A program made the translations under genes and the position numbers. The notes below the pieces were generated by a model. The model ran no database searches. It had not been told where the DNA came from and saw only the letters and a program-made list of their open reading frames with translations. This document shows positions 1 to 14,272 of a DNA stretch of 64,000 nucleotides, in pieces. This DNA comes from Chrysomallon squamiferum (Eukaryota; Animalia; Mollusca). The number at the start of each line of letters is the position of its first letter. Within the stretch, counting starts at the first letter, position 1. Location of the stretch: contig CM022665.1 in the NCBI GenBank assembly GCA_012295275.1, positions 42,718,001 to 42,782,000 on the forward strand. The letters are read 5' to 3'.

Positions 1-43
1 TCTGGTGTATGACGTCCAGTACTGACCGTCCCATCAACATTGT
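1..43 (-). CDS. Coding exon (partial, runs off the window) of a bHLH-PAS-family PAS protein; second part of PAS-A
   Basis: Minus-strand acceptor ttttttctatatttcag, then ACA ATG TTG ATG GGA CGG TCA GTA CTG GAC GTC ATA CAC CAG = TMLMGRSVLDVIHQ. This matches the PAS-A pattern (E/D)LxGxS(V/I)(Y/F/L)(D/E)xIH. Phase 0, compatible with the exon at 3132-3265. Confidence 0.9.
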
Positions 44-1875
44 CTGAAATATAGAAAAAATAATTTATTTAAAGCCATTATTTAAAAAAAATTTTTATTA
101 ATAAAGTGCAATTTTCTTGAAATTATGATATTGATAATGATATTACTGCTGCCATTCCATGGGCAAATCTGTAATGATAAAGAACAGTCTGTTTCTGAAG
201 ATAAGAGCTGATCAGTTGATATAGATAAGAAGAGTTGATCCATCTTAAGGGCAAGTTTTAATTCACCTATAGCTAATCTGTAGGGGTAAGCAATAATCAT
301 AAAGGATAAACTATAAACAATGAACCTGTATCAGTAAAGGACAGTTAGTGTCTAACATAATCAGTCCCTTAAGATAATCACTTTGCTACAACATTATGAA
401 AACAATGGTTAACAGATGTTTTACTCAGCTGTGAAATTTTTCCTAACTCTAAGACTTAACCCAAATCTGCATTTCTCTTTATTTTTTAATTTTGTTTTAG
501 CTTATCACAAATACATGGTCACTTAGCAGCTAGTGAACCTTGCACTGATCTCAGACACCATTTTTCTTTCCTTTTTATTATTAATAAACATGGATAATGT
601 CTGCATAATCTGCTTTCAATGCTGTCTGAAAAACACACAGGATAGCAGTAGTGTAATAATGTGGCAGTCTTATATATACGCTGATCTATATTTTATTACT
701 GACACCTCTTGTTTTGATGCCTGTTAAAGCTTGTAATAAGAATAAGGTTCATTAACTTTGGATATCTTGGGACTAAATTTATAATTTAAAAAAAATAAAA
801 TAAAATAATAATGAAATTAACCTCTATACCGTATTTCAGAGAGCAGCACTAAAAAGTATTTAAAATGTTTTTTTTTTTTTTTTTTTGGTTGACTGGGATA
901 TAAAGCCATCATTGTTAATGAAATTTATGACAGTTGTTAAATGTGATGTTTTATGACTGTACATTTGCACCAATCTTTCTAGGATATTTTATTTAACTTT
1001 AGTTTATTTTTGAAACATTGATGACAGTTGTTGTTGTTTTGTTGGTTTCTTTGAGTATGTGGAAGCTTTTTTCTTAAAATATTTTTTGTGAATGTCCCAG
1101 GATCTTTGATTTTTAAATAACAAAAGAAAGAAAGAAAAATGTCCTATATAAAACAGGTGTTTTTTAATTCTTAAATCACTTATATCTGTTAATTTTACTG
1201 TTTTTCATTTTCAACAAAGATTTTAAAATCAATATTTTATTTTGTTAACTTTTAATATATAATTTACTTTATATGTTACTTAGTATTTCTTAAAACAAAT
1301 TTCAATTCAAAACTGAACCTTCAAATTCCAAAATAAAAACCATCAAAATTGTGACCCAATTACATTACCTATAACAAAATACTACAGTAAAAGCAACATC
1401 ACTTATTTTAAACACTAACAACAAACAATCCCTGTTATTTTCAGATATTACCATTTACTTAAAACTGATTTAATATTTTTATCTAATTTCCATTCCAAAC
1501 TGAATCCCTCAAAATCCTCAAAATAGAAAACATCACAACTGTGACCCAATTCCATGCACGCCACCTACTACACTCACTAACATCGTCATACAAAACGTCT
1601 GAGAGGAAAAAGGAAAGTCTGTGAAGTGATGAATTCTTGGAGAAGATTATAACAATTTTCCACGCATCACATCAAATCCTGACAACAGCAGAAGCTTTCC
1701 TGATACAAACATACACTTTATTTTCTACCTTCTGTTGTAGATATGGGTATGGTAAGTATGTGAGGTGTTAGTGGAGTGTGTTCTGGGTTAATGGAAGAGA
1801 GGAGAGGAATGTGTTTTAATGACAACCCACACCAGCCTGTCAGTTCTCACCTGGCACACTCTTACATAATGTAGA

Positions 1876-2315
1876 AAACACACACTGGCACCACACAAGT
1901 TACACTTTTCAATGTGAGTTTTGTTAATACTAAGACTAGCACCATATAAGTTACACTTTTCAACATGTGTTTTGTTTAATACATTCACTGGCTCCACGCA
2001 AGTTACACTTTTCAATGTGTTTTGTTTACACATTCACTGGCACCATGTAAGTTACACTTTTCAATCTGTTTTGTTAATACTAAGACTAGCACCATATAAG
2101 TTACACTTTTCAATCTGTTTTGTTAATACTAAGACTAGCACCATATAAGTTACACTTTTCAATCTCTTTTGTTAATACTAAGACTAGCACCATAAAAGTT
2201 ACACTTTTCAATATGTGTTTTTTTAACACATACACTGGCACGATGTAAGTTGTACTTTTCAGTACTTTTGTTTTCTTAAGATAGAAGTTGGCATCACAAG
2301 ATATACTTTTCATTA
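1876..2315. repeat. Minisatellite, about 49-bp unit, about 9 copies
   Basis: Unit ttacacttttcaatctgttttgttaatactaagactagcaccatataag. Explains the repetitive ORFs at 1788-2403. Confidence 0.9.
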
Positions 2316-3131
2316 TTATAATTTTATTACTGCACTTGCTAGCACGAAAGTGATATTTTTCTTTGCAATGCATTCTTTTTGTTACCATCAATACAGACAT
2401 CACATAAGATATGCTTTTCAGTTCCTTCTGTTTGATTTTATATTTTTGTTAGGCATAAACTGTACTTTTCTTATCAATATTTTCTTCCTTTCTGTTACTA
2501 GAAGAAATGATTTTTTGAGGAAATGATGGAAGGCCTAATGAGAGTGCAGTAAACAGAATTTTCAAATTGAATTTTTGTTTTTTTAAAAACACTGTGAAAG
2601 ATTTCATTAAGTACCATAAATTGCTAAATTGCTGGATACATATTCAAAAGGAAACAAATGAAAAACATATTCACAATATGGAGAATAAATGAAGCAATAA
2701 CATTTATTAAATGTTATGTGTGGGAATTATCTTAATGGAACAGAATCCCTTCTGTTAACAATTTGATTACGAATAATTTATACAGAATGTCTTATACCTG
2801 CAAGCAAAGTACTTTAAGGAACAATTCATGTGAACAATCACATAATATGGAATATCGTGGGCCTGCAAGCATGTACTTTAAGGAATAACCCATTTGAGCA
2901 GTTACATAATATACAATAATTAACATGAAACAGGAACCATGATTTTTTTACAAATCATCCATTATTCATTAGCAATTTCCACAAGGAAAGCTGTCCAAAC
3001 AATTTAGACATTATTGAAGAAAATGAAATGTTTTTTTTGTATTTTTTGTATGAAGTCAGTGTGACATTGTGGTATCTCTACAATAAAGCTAGCAGGAATC
3101 TGGTTCCAGCTTTCTCTTGTTTTCCTCTCAC

Positions 3132-3265
3132 CTGCTTCAGGCCGAGATGTTCTTCCACGGAATTGGACACGAAGAGAATCTTTCCCTTTCTGTTGATGTA
3201 CATAATGAAGCCCTGCAGTGCCTCGGCCATCATGCGACCCTCGAACTCAGCAATGTTCTTAGTGC
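3132..3265 (-). CDS. Coding exon, first part of the PAS-A domain (AHR/SIM/HIF-alpha-like)
   Basis: Acceptor tgttgtgttgtttcag, donor CAG|gtgaga, 134 nt, phase 1 to phase 0. Translates (G)TKNIAEFEGRMMAEALQGFIMYINRKGKILFVSNSVEEHLGLKQ, which fits the ALxGF...G+I+(F/Y)VS.SV..HLGL.Q signature. A phase-0 intron after LGxxQ is also found in AHR, SIM and HIF1A genes. GC-rich and CpG-retaining against an AT-rich background. Confidence 0.93.
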
Positions 3266-4277
3266 CTGAAACAACACAACAGATTCACATAAAATAACAG
3301 TTAATCACAGAGCAAAAAATAGTACTTGAAAGAAATAATAATTAAAAAAAACAAAAAAAAAACAAAAACAAATAATAAGACAGAAAGAAAAAAGACAAAA
3401 TTTAGTAAAGAAGACAAATGCTAAAACAGTAAGTTAATTATTTCATATGAACCTTGTAAGAGACGAAAACATTATAATGTACATTATGAATCTAAACAAT
3501 GGTTCAGTTTTTCTTTTTTTGAAACATTACTGATGTCAGACATCATTCAGAAAAATAAGCCCATGCAAATTCTGTGTCCTGCATAATATCCATATCATAA
3601 TACTGTTAGAACTTGTGAAAATCCATCAGATCATGTTATTGCATTTCCAATCCCTAGAACTTGTACTTATTAGTTTATATGGTAATAGTTAATGCTGTAT
3701 GCATGTGTTAAATGTACTGTGTGTGGAAGTGTTAAAGGTCCACGATGTTTTCCATTTAGCTGTTCTTCCAGGACTCCAGATAAGCCAGTGTTTTCTAGCA
3801 AAGTCCACTGTCACAGCACCACTGCTCTGTGTACATGGACACACTAATGGGTATGTGTTTCTGTGAGTTCTTAATGGGAATGTTCTTTTCTCTAACACCC
3901 ACGTCACATCATTTGTTTTCACAGTTATGTTAATTAGAAAGAAATCCAGCTAATAGAAGTAAACAATAGAGTAACTGTGAGATGTTTCTTTTCCTTTTTC
4001 ATCACAGACCTAAAACATGTTTGATTTAATTTCTATTTAATAGTGAACTGTATTACCTATGTAAGAATTATACACATGACATCTGTATAATAAAACTGCA
4101 ATTATATATTATTAATTTTCCCTTCAGCTGTTTTTACATCACACAAGCATTCAGTGCATAAACCAATAATTATAAAATTTTCATTTCATTGAACATTAAT
4201 ATTTAAACAACAAATAAACAAATATAAAAGATAAAAAATTAAATAAAAATCATAACAATAAAAACCCAACAACAAAA

Positions 4278-4317
<40 letters not shown>

Positions 4318-5197
4318 TTTTTTATTTTTAAATGTTTAAAAAATGTTTTATTTTGTTTAAATAAAGCTTGCTTCACTGACTTATAAATAATGAAGTTGTT
4401 GTTTTTTTCACCAAACTCATGCAAATGTCATCTCTAAATCATTGTGTTAAACATAATGTAATTGGAAATTTTTTCATTGCAGAGTATAAATAAAAAACCA
4501 AAAAAAAAAAAAAAAAAAATGAAAAAATTTAAATGATGGAGTATAAAGAAGACACTAAAAGATAAGATTTATTTCTCTGTGAGAGAAAACACAGACAGTT
4601 ATGGCATTGTTAAAATGTAAGTGTCAAGTTGCTGGTATTAGCAATGTTAAAGAATATGGAAAAAGACCAAAAATCTGCCAACTTTGAAATAATATCTATT
4701 TCTTTTTTTTTTTTTTTTTTTTTCTGTAATGAAAAAAAAAAAATAACACAGAGAAAGTTAATAAAACAGAGAAAGACAACTGTCACTAACAGGTAACTTA
4801 AAAAAGTCGTTTGTTTCCAGTTTTGAAAGAAAGTATTGTATGCAAATTTGTATAAGCAGCTTAAACTGAACGAAGCACAAATATGTATCAAAGATCTTGA
4901 GAATAAATATTTTACAAGATCACCATGATTTAGCATTTTAAACATATTAATGATTATTAGGTCTGTCAAAGAGTATCAGTCGCTTTGTATCATGATGACA
5001 GTGTGAAAGTGAACTAACTTGATGATGGCTTGTTCTGAATACTCACGCATTATAAAAGGAAAGTATCTTTCACAGGATTTTTATTATTATTTTTTTTTTT
5101 ATCATGCTCTTAAACACACTGATTGCAGAGAGTTTTGTCTTGCATATATACTACATATATTTACAAATTTATGAAGTAAATCATTTAAAAACTGCAA

Positions 5198-5241
<44 letters not shown>

Positions 5242-5998
5242 TAGTAAAACAAATAATAATATTAACATAATAACAATAAAAATAATTTAAAAATAGATGA
5301 ATCTGAAACATTTGACAGAGTAAACTGTACATTCACTTCTAAATGTTCTAATTTTTACAAGTTTCTAATTTAAATCTTAATTTTTACTCCTTACTCTAAA
5401 TATGTGTTCTACTCTCGATAATTAACATGCACTTTTATTATTTGTGACATAAAATAAATAAAAAGAAAAGAAAAAAATAAAGAAGAAAAAAAAAAAACAC
5501 ATTTCTCAGGAGTACAGAAGACATTACAATTATACTGCTGACAGTTTTACTATTTATTTTCTATTTACTTCTTTTTTCTTAACAATTTCTGGTAGTTTTA
5601 ATTTATAATCTTTTTTAGATAATTACACATACTTGTTTCTGCCAGCCATGTCAAAGCTGACAAATATGTTTTTCAGAATAACCTAAAATTAAAAATATAA
5701 TAATACTAATAATTTTCATTTTTTTCAATTTCATAACTAAATAAAATAAATAAATAAATAAATAAATAATAAAAATAATATAATATCAATGATAACAATA
5801 ATTATTTATTACTGTTAATTATTATTATAATTTTTTTTTTTTTTTTTTTACATATCATTATAAAACAAACAAAATGAAGAAAATGGCTGCAACATAAATG
5901 TTTCTGAATTTATTATTTTACTGGCATATAATTATTAGCAAAGGTTGATCCCCAGACAAAAAAAAAATAACTTGCAAATGCATAAAACATTTTTATTT

Positions 5999-6041
<43 letters not shown>

Positions 6042-6507
6042 TTTAATTAATTTTAATATTAATATCATTTCTTTATGTTTTTTAAATTTATTATATATAA
6101 AGAACGTAAAGAAATTATATTAATATTAATTTATGAAACACCCAGGCATTTCCTATATAATTCTATTTCTCTGAGCTTCACACTATGGCAATGTCATAAA
6201 GTTGATATTATTTTGTAACTCAAGAAGTATTAACATAATCTTTTAAAGGCTTGTTTACAAACACTCGAGTTTGTGGAAGGTGATAAACAAAGTCCTGTGC
6301 AAACATCAATATTGTTAACAATGATGAAAGAAGAAAAAGAATGAAAAAAACAACATGAATAAAGAAAAGAAAGAAAAAATGAAGAGAACGATAAAATGGT
6401 TAAAAGGTTAATAAAATATTTTAGTTCTTGTTACTGAGAAAATGTCAGCTGGTTTATAATTTTATCAGATAAATATAGGCTATTCACATATTTATAGTAA
6501 CACTTTT

Positions 6508-6510
<3 letters not shown>

Positions 6511-6591
<81 letters not shown>
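6511..6591. repeat. (TC)n(CA)n compound microsatellite
   Basis: Direct reading. Confidence 0.95.
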
Positions 6592-6595
<4 letters not shown>

Positions 6596-9261
6596 TTCTT
6601 TTTCAGACTTGTATACATATACAATCTCTTTTTCAAGACTTACACACATATACTCTATGTCAGAAACCGTTTCTGTATACACCTATTTCTTTCTCACCAC
6701 ACACCTACACAATCTTTTTTCCTTGCTTATACATATAAAAAATCCTTTTCAATATTCTATTTCTCACTAGACAACCATATAAAATGTTCTCTTTATTTTT
6801 TCATTGCTAATACATACATCTTCTCTCTCATATACACACTGTTCTTTTCAAAATACATATACTCTTTCTCTTGTACACCTTTTCTTAAAAGCAATTCATT
6901 TTGTCATCACAAACACTCTTCTTCTTATTTACAATATTAAATATGCATATATTCTTTCTTACACTTTTCATAATAATATAATTAAACTCTTTCTTTAAGG
7001 AAAATGTTTTTCTCTCAAAACACCCAAACATACATATCATTTTATCATAAAAAGAAAGAAGAAGACAAACAAAGGTGTAAAAACAAGAAACAAAACCCCA
7101 CACATCTTGCATTACTGGTTTCTCCATTATCACATAATATATGTCACTTATCACACAGTTACCTGGCAAACTACAGGTAAGAAAAATAATCTCCACAGGT
7201 CACTGACTTTATTTGTCTCTGACCTTGACCCAGCCTTTACCTGTCAATAACAGTCAGCTGAAGGGATCAGATGGAACTTCAAACAAGGGGGCAGGACAGT
7301 TCATGTCAGACTTTCAGTAAAGTACCTGCTTCCCATAACTGACACACAAAACCATCCAGGCATTTTATTCAGTGTCAAGGATTATAAACAACTGAACTTT
7401 TGCCTCTTTAACTGACCCCCGTTTATTTTCTTCACTTTTATTTATTTATTTATTTATTTATTATTATTTTTATTATTATTATTATTATTATTTAAATAAA
7501 TAAAATACACACTATCATACAGAACAGCAGCAGCAACAACAAAATAATAATAATAATAAAAATAATAATGATAATGATGATGATGATAATAATAATGATG
7601 ATGATGATGATATTTTTTATAATGGTAATAATAATAATAATAACGATGATGATGATGACGATATTTTTTATGATGGTAATAATAATAATAGCACAAGAAG
7701 AAAAATTGCACCACCTCCATCAGTAACAAAAACAGCAGTAACAAAAACAATAATAGCTATTTACAAACAGTGGCGAATGATAGATGATACTGTTTGAACT
7801 AAAACTCCAATCACATCCATCATCAGGAGATAAAAAACCATAAAAACAACAGCAGTGAAAGGTTGTGGTAAATATGTGTGAAACAAACACCAATAATTTT
7901 CTCTCAGATCAATACCATTCACGAAATACAAGAAACTCAATATCTGACGTAAACACAGCTAACCACCAAAACAAACTGATTTACCACCTTCTATGTTTAT
8001 CATCAATATACTAAGTCATGAAGAAAATTGAACCTCTGTCTATGTATCAATCTATCTGTATCTATCTATCTGTCTATAGATAGAGAGCAATATCTAAAGG
8101 AATACAAGAAAAGAGAGAAAAACAGCACTCTCACCCACACCTACAACTCAAAGTTAACTGACATGTTTAAAAATGTTACTATGAATTTTTTGTTTAATTA
8201 TGATGTTATGCATGTTTTATTACAACTTCATCAATAGGCTTTCCTTTCTGGCAGGCCACAACCCAACCCTATAGGGGGAAAAAAAAAAAATAATAATAAT
8301 AGCACACACACACATACACACATACACACACAAATAATAAATAAATAAATAAAATATATACAGACACCAGCTATGTTTCCTTCATTTATTTAAGACACTA
8401 CAAGTAAAACCTTTTAGAAACGACAAAGAGATAAATGAAATAAGGAAACCTTACATGGATTCTTTAACATCATAATTACAAAATATTCAGTCAAATTATT
8501 ACATATATTACAACACCAAACTTTTCTAAATACATTTAAAAAAACCCAAAAACCTCTAACATGTTTTTGAAGATGACAGATTCAAATTCAACCCAATTTG
8601 GACTGGTTTGACTTCCAAAATAAATGCAGACAGACCAAAACCATCTGTCTCCAGACTGGCATTAATAATAAAAAAGATCAGTGGAGTAAGCTTTTCAAAT
8701 TCTTTTAGCCCATGTGAAAGGCCACCGGAACCTCTCTCGCCCAACTCCTCTGACTTCACAATCACTGAATCAATATTTCAGCAAAACATTTAAGCCATCC
8801 ATGTATAGGTGTTGAATCAATCTCACGGTGCTTGTCAGAATTTCGTGCATGCCGGACAAAACAACTGCTATGTCTTATGGCTTGGGCCAAATTCTTCTTT
8901 TGCAATTCTACACAGTAATTACTGGATGCACATTACCACCCACTCTCTCTCTCGAGTCTAGTAAAGTGCAAATTACTACAGGACATCTATGGAAAGAGAC
9001 AGATATGAGAGAGAGAGAGATGAGAGGAGAGGAAAAGAAAGAAAGAAAGAAAAAAAAAGTGTGGTGAAAAATCCAATAACATGCTGGTAGGCACTGAGAG
9101 AAGACACTTTACATGGTAATTGTGATTAGTTTTGGAATGCCTAACAGACATGACTTATGGATGGTCAGACCCAATTCATGGTAATTTCAACTCAAGTCCA
9201 AACAACCTACAGTGGTTTTGCCAAAGCACAAATTTATCATTAACAATAAACAACAGTCTGT

Positions 9262-9760
9262 GCATTATCATAAACTGTATATAACTGTCTTGTCTATACA
9301 TTGTGTTGTAATTAACTATATATAACTGTCTTGCCTACACAATGTGTTATCATTAACTAGATACAACTGTCTTGTCTATATATTGTTATAATTAACTATA
9401 TATAACTGTCTTGCCTACACAATGTGTTGATCATTAACTAGATACAGCTGTCTTGTCTACACATTGTTATAATTAACTATATACAGCTGTCTTACCTACA
9501 CAGTGTTATAATTAACTATATACAGCTGTCTTGTCTATACATTGTGTTATAATTAACTATATACAGCTGTCTTACCTACACACAGTGTTATAATTAATAT
9601 ATAACTGTCTTGTCTATACATTGTGTTATAATTAACTATATACAGCTGTCTTTTCTATACATTGTGTTATAATTAACTATATACAGCTGTCTTGCCTACA
9701 CATTGTGTGATAATTAACTATGTACAGTGTCTTGCCAATGCATTTATTGTGTTATATATT
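9262..9760. repeat. Minisatellite, about 41-bp unit, about 12 copies
   Basis: Unit ttataattaactatatacagctgtcttgtctatacattgtg with variants. Confidence 0.9.
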
Positions 9761-11636
9761 AGTAGTCTTCCAAAGCACACTGTTTCATATTTTCAATTTC
9801 TCTCAGGAAAACATTAACATCTTTCACAATAACTCAAATACTGCCTCACATGTGACATTAAAATCGAAGCAACCAATATTCTTTATGTCGCTGTGTTACT
9901 TCTAGTGGAAGAAAAGATATTTTCAGCTTCTGAAACATGCCAAGAATCATTAAATTTTGAGAAGCCAAGTCATAATGCTGGATGATCAGAGATTCTGTAT
10001 TGACAAAATGAAAAACAATATGACAAGGTACAGATGTGATATTCAGCTTATCTTTTTGTACATGATGTTTTAGTCATTTTCTGACTGTACCTAAGTAATG
10101 TGTAACTAAGCATGAAGCCTTGCAACTGTATCCCTGTCTGTGACAGAGTCTGATCGTTATGAGGAAAACTGATAACTTTAATAATCTGCTCTTGCTTATT
10201 TCCAGTAACTATTACTCATACTTTCTGTGGTTGCCATATTAGCACTGGCTTTCATGTATTATTAATTTAGTGCACATTTACAAATAACATTTTACGTTTA
10301 CACACTGATTGAAAAGCTTTATATATTTTATACAATGTCTTCAGATTTTACAAAACAGACCTTTATTTCTATTTTAGACATCAGTGAAACAATACTGCAT
10401 GAAATTAAATAAATGGTAGGTTTATCCTGGGCTTTTATGATGGTTTTTTTTTTTTCTTTTTTTTTGGTCTTTTATGTGTGTTTTTTTTGCCCCTAGCAAT
10501 TTCAAAATTAACTGTTACTGTTTGGAACTGTGTCACAAAATAATTATTTTGCATTTGATTTTCCCTTAATAAATATCAAAATTATGTAAGTTATGTTTCA
10601 TAAAATAATTATGAAACCAATTTTCAGAGTTTAATGAGAACACAAATGAGTGAAGTTAAGTTACAAAACACCAAAAAACAAAAGAAAAAAAAGAAGATGA
10701 TAATAATACTAAATAAATAAACAAAAATAATAAATAAATTAATTTGTACAATCTTCTCTCAGAAAAAAGTTATAAAAGAAACAATCAAGAATCAAAATAC
10801 TTTCCTACATTAAGTCCATTACTTAATTAGCTTAATTACAGACAACCTTAATTATGTAATGGAAATTACAGAAATAAATGGAAAGCAGCAAGTTGTCACA
10901 AACAGTGAGTAGGTCAATGGATTTTCTGTCATCGTGCTATTACACAAAACACCAGGACTTCCACAAACAAGGCTGTAAATGATCTCATTCCACTTTCAAA
11001 TGTTTTACAGAAATGAAAACTGTATACTCAACAAAACAGCATCCTCAATTAACAGTCATTTGTTCAGAAAAGAATTAAAGGCGGTGTATTATGGCAAGGA
11101 AACTGAAGTTTTTGTTGGTGATGGAATTTTTCTGCGGCTTCTTGGAAGGAACTTGTTACCGTGGGCGATATTATTACTGCCAATTAATCAAGGCTTTTTC
11201 TTTGCCACTGCCAATACATTCACCTTGCGAATTCACGGCCAGCTGCATTCACTGAATCGATACTTAAAGGAACAGGTACCATCAAGAAGAATATTTTTGG
11301 ACTGGAAGTGAAAAATCCATTAAATAATGTCCTTTGGTGTGGCTGTTTATGATGTGAAGTCAGTGTTAACTTAGAAAAAAATAAAAAATTAGATGAAAAT
11401 CATTGTCAATTAGAGTGCAAATGTCTTTTAAAAAATGGATTTTTTTTTAGTAATGGTGATTACTCTTAATAACTGACAGTGGGAAGACAGAAACAAAAGT
11501 AAAATTGACTGGCGTTATGTCAAAAAGTCAGTATTTCAGTGAAATATGAGAAAAGAGAGAAAACAATTGACAAGCAGACTCATACAGATAAAAAAATACT
11601 TGAAAATAAAATCTTTGACAATAATCCAAAAAAAAA

Positions 11637-11683
<47 letters not shown>

Positions 11684-12651
11684 AATAATAATAATATAAT
11701 AATAATAATAATAAAATAAAACTAACATAATAAAACTGTTCAGACTAAAGCTGTATCATTTCTTCCATTCCACTTCAGTGTATCAAAAACCTTATTACAA
11801 GACAACAAAAAGACGTCTTGCTGCTGTCTGGCAGCCTAACAACAATGGGTTTTCAGATCTAAGAATGGAATGTTTTAATCAGGAATGGAACAGCCATTGA
11901 TTACACAAATTAGTCAAAGAGAACAAAAATATCTAATTCTCTCATTTATCCAGAATTCTAGTGTACTTTCTTTGTATGTATATATGTGTGTGAACTTGCT
12001 TTGTATATATATATATATGTGAACTTATTTTGTACATACATGTATGCTATCTGCAGAAGCCAGGTTTGAATTATACAAAATTATCCATAAATAACCATTT
12101 CACACACATGCACACACACACACACACATACACATGCACACCCTCATACACACACAAATGCAAGTCCATTTTTAAACCATAAATGGATATATCAAGACAA
12201 AAAATTGAACAAAACAAAACAACAAAAAATATTTCCATATCAGCAATTTTCTTCAAAAAAATTAATGAGAAATTTAAAATCTACTTTCTTCTTTGTCATT
12301 TTAAATATTTTATATTTCCACTTGGATAGGAAACAACATATAACAAAAGTTAATTGTTTCTGTCATTCTGGTGAGTTTGTTTTTTTTCCCTCCTTTTCCC
12401 CAGGTTGTAAATTTATGGTAAATAAAATTAAACACCTAAACTAGATCTTCTTACAACCTATTAACATTTTATAATACCTGCATTTTTTTGTATATTCATG
12501 AGTAAAGAAATATATTTATTTATTAATAAATATTAAAAATAATTAAATAAATAAACTTTTAAATTATTACTTTTGAAAATCAGTATGTAAATGTGTGTGT
12601 GTGTGTGTATGTGTGTTTTGTATGGAAAAATGAAAATGTCACAAAAACAAC

Positions 12652-12825
12652 TGGGACGTATCTCAATGCTAGAAAACTAACATGAGATACAGAAGGTCGT
12701 AAGATCAATCCTATTTGTGGTTAATATTATGATATTTCCTGTGTATTCAGTTTTCGCATTAAAGACTGCAGTGAGTAATTTCCTGTCTGTGATGAAAATA
12801 CATTTAAAATATCCTTTTTATGATA
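12652..12825 (+). mobile_element. Decayed tRNA-derived SINE (mollusc type)
   Basis: gggacgtatctcaatgctaga (A-box-like head), ggtcgtaagatcaatcc (B-box-like), then cctgtctgtgatgaaaatacatttaaaatatcc. Colinear with my recollection of gastropod SINEs carrying CCTGTCTGTGGGA...TGCATATAAAAGATCCC. Confidence 0.55.
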
Positions 12826-13519
12826 ATTAACGAGATCTGGTTAGTCTGATGTTAAAAGGTTTCCGTTCTTTCATTTTGTCATCATAAAAAGTGGTCTGCT
12901 CGACATCACCAATATCCAGAAACAATCATCTAAGTTAGGAAGAAGGATCTTATAATTAATTTTATTATTGTTATTCTTTTATAGACAGAGAAAGGCAGCT
13001 GAAAGAAACATGTATTCTGAGATATAAAAAGACAAAAGGAAAAAAAAACGTGATGGGAATAAGGAGATTAATTTTGTTTTTAAATATGTGTTTGTTTATA
13101 TATATACACACACATATAGCTTTTTTTATTTTTTTATTTCATCATGCATCAAAAACCTGTTATTAACACAGTATTAAAATGAGATATATGGGAAGCCCAT
13201 CTGTCTAGGGAAGCCCTGGTGACCTGTCTGCCCAAGATGGCCAAAGACTTGGTGTCTACACAGCTGAACTGAAATAATGAATCACTCATGTCTCTTGTGC
13301 TGGGCAAAATTCCTGTGATAAGTTCTCTTTGTCTTGTATGGTTATTTACTGTACCTGTACCTCTCCGGGTTTGTTTGTGTGTCTTGTAGAAAGTACAACA
13401 CTCTCCTGTACCAATATGACAAACACCTGACAGCTAACCTTTGAACTCTGAAAATTACTGTCTGGACACAGCCATACCACCAGATTAGTTTGGCATTGAT
13501 TTATAAACAGAGAGTGACA

Positions 13520-13629
<110 letters not shown>

Positions 13630-14004
13630 TATATATATATATACAAAGCCAGAGAGAAAGAAAGAGACAGAGAAAGAGAGATAGACACAGATACAGAGAA
13701 AAAGAAAGATAGGGAAAGGAACAGAAAGACAAAAAAAAAAGAAAAAAGAAAAATAGAGAGATTTAACTCAGTGTTCCTTCTTTATAAATTATTACTTTCA
13801 AAAAACAATATATATAATTATATATCTTCTTTTCATAATAAATGTCATAATACATGTTAACTTTAATATTAAGTAATTCTTATGCTTACAAAATAGTTTG
13901 GAAATACATAAATCATTTTTTGTTTTAATTTATTTTTTATTTATTAATATGAAAATCATAAAACATAAATGCTCAAAGTGTCAGTAACGGTTTTATAACT
14001 AGTG

Positions 14005-14272
14005 TTATGGAAATTTTTATGATTTGATATCAAATTCAAATTGAAGTATCGTTTTTAATGTTTGGTACTCAAGTTAACACACTGATAATTAGACAGGTAT
14101 ACAGAGTATTTTAATGATATGACACTAAGTTCAGACTATCAGTAACAATCATCTAAAGATGACAATTTTATGGAAATTTTAAGGATTTCATATCAAATTC
14201 AAGCTGAAGTATTCATTTTTAATGTTTGGTACTCAAATATACACACTCATAATGAGACAGATACATAGAATA
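14005..14272. repeat. Diverged direct duplication, about 105 bp, 163-bp spacing
   Basis: ttatggaaatttt...atatcaaattcaa...tttttaatgtttggtactcaa at 14005 and 14168. Confidence 0.85.

Noticed and set aside
1720-1760. + strand acceptor and GTAAGT donor enclosing 11 nt
   Set aside because: It is antisense to the PAS gene with no partner exons, and such signals are common by chance in AT-rich DNA.
1-3265. Identification of the PAS gene as period (MLMGRSVLDVIH resembles MWLGRSFIDFVH)
   Set aside because: The EALQGF motif and the intron after LGLKQ are typical of AHR/SIM/HIF-type genes, not PER, so no gene symbol is assigned.
3028-3297. 89-aa + strand ORF over the PAS exon
   Set aside because: It is the antisense shadow of the real minus-strand exon 3132-3265.
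9262-9760. Regularly spaced repeats that might suggest a CRISPR-like array (also 1876-2315 and 51600-52190)
   Set aside because: Units are contiguous tandem copies without unique spacers, the context is eukaryotic and there are no cas genes.
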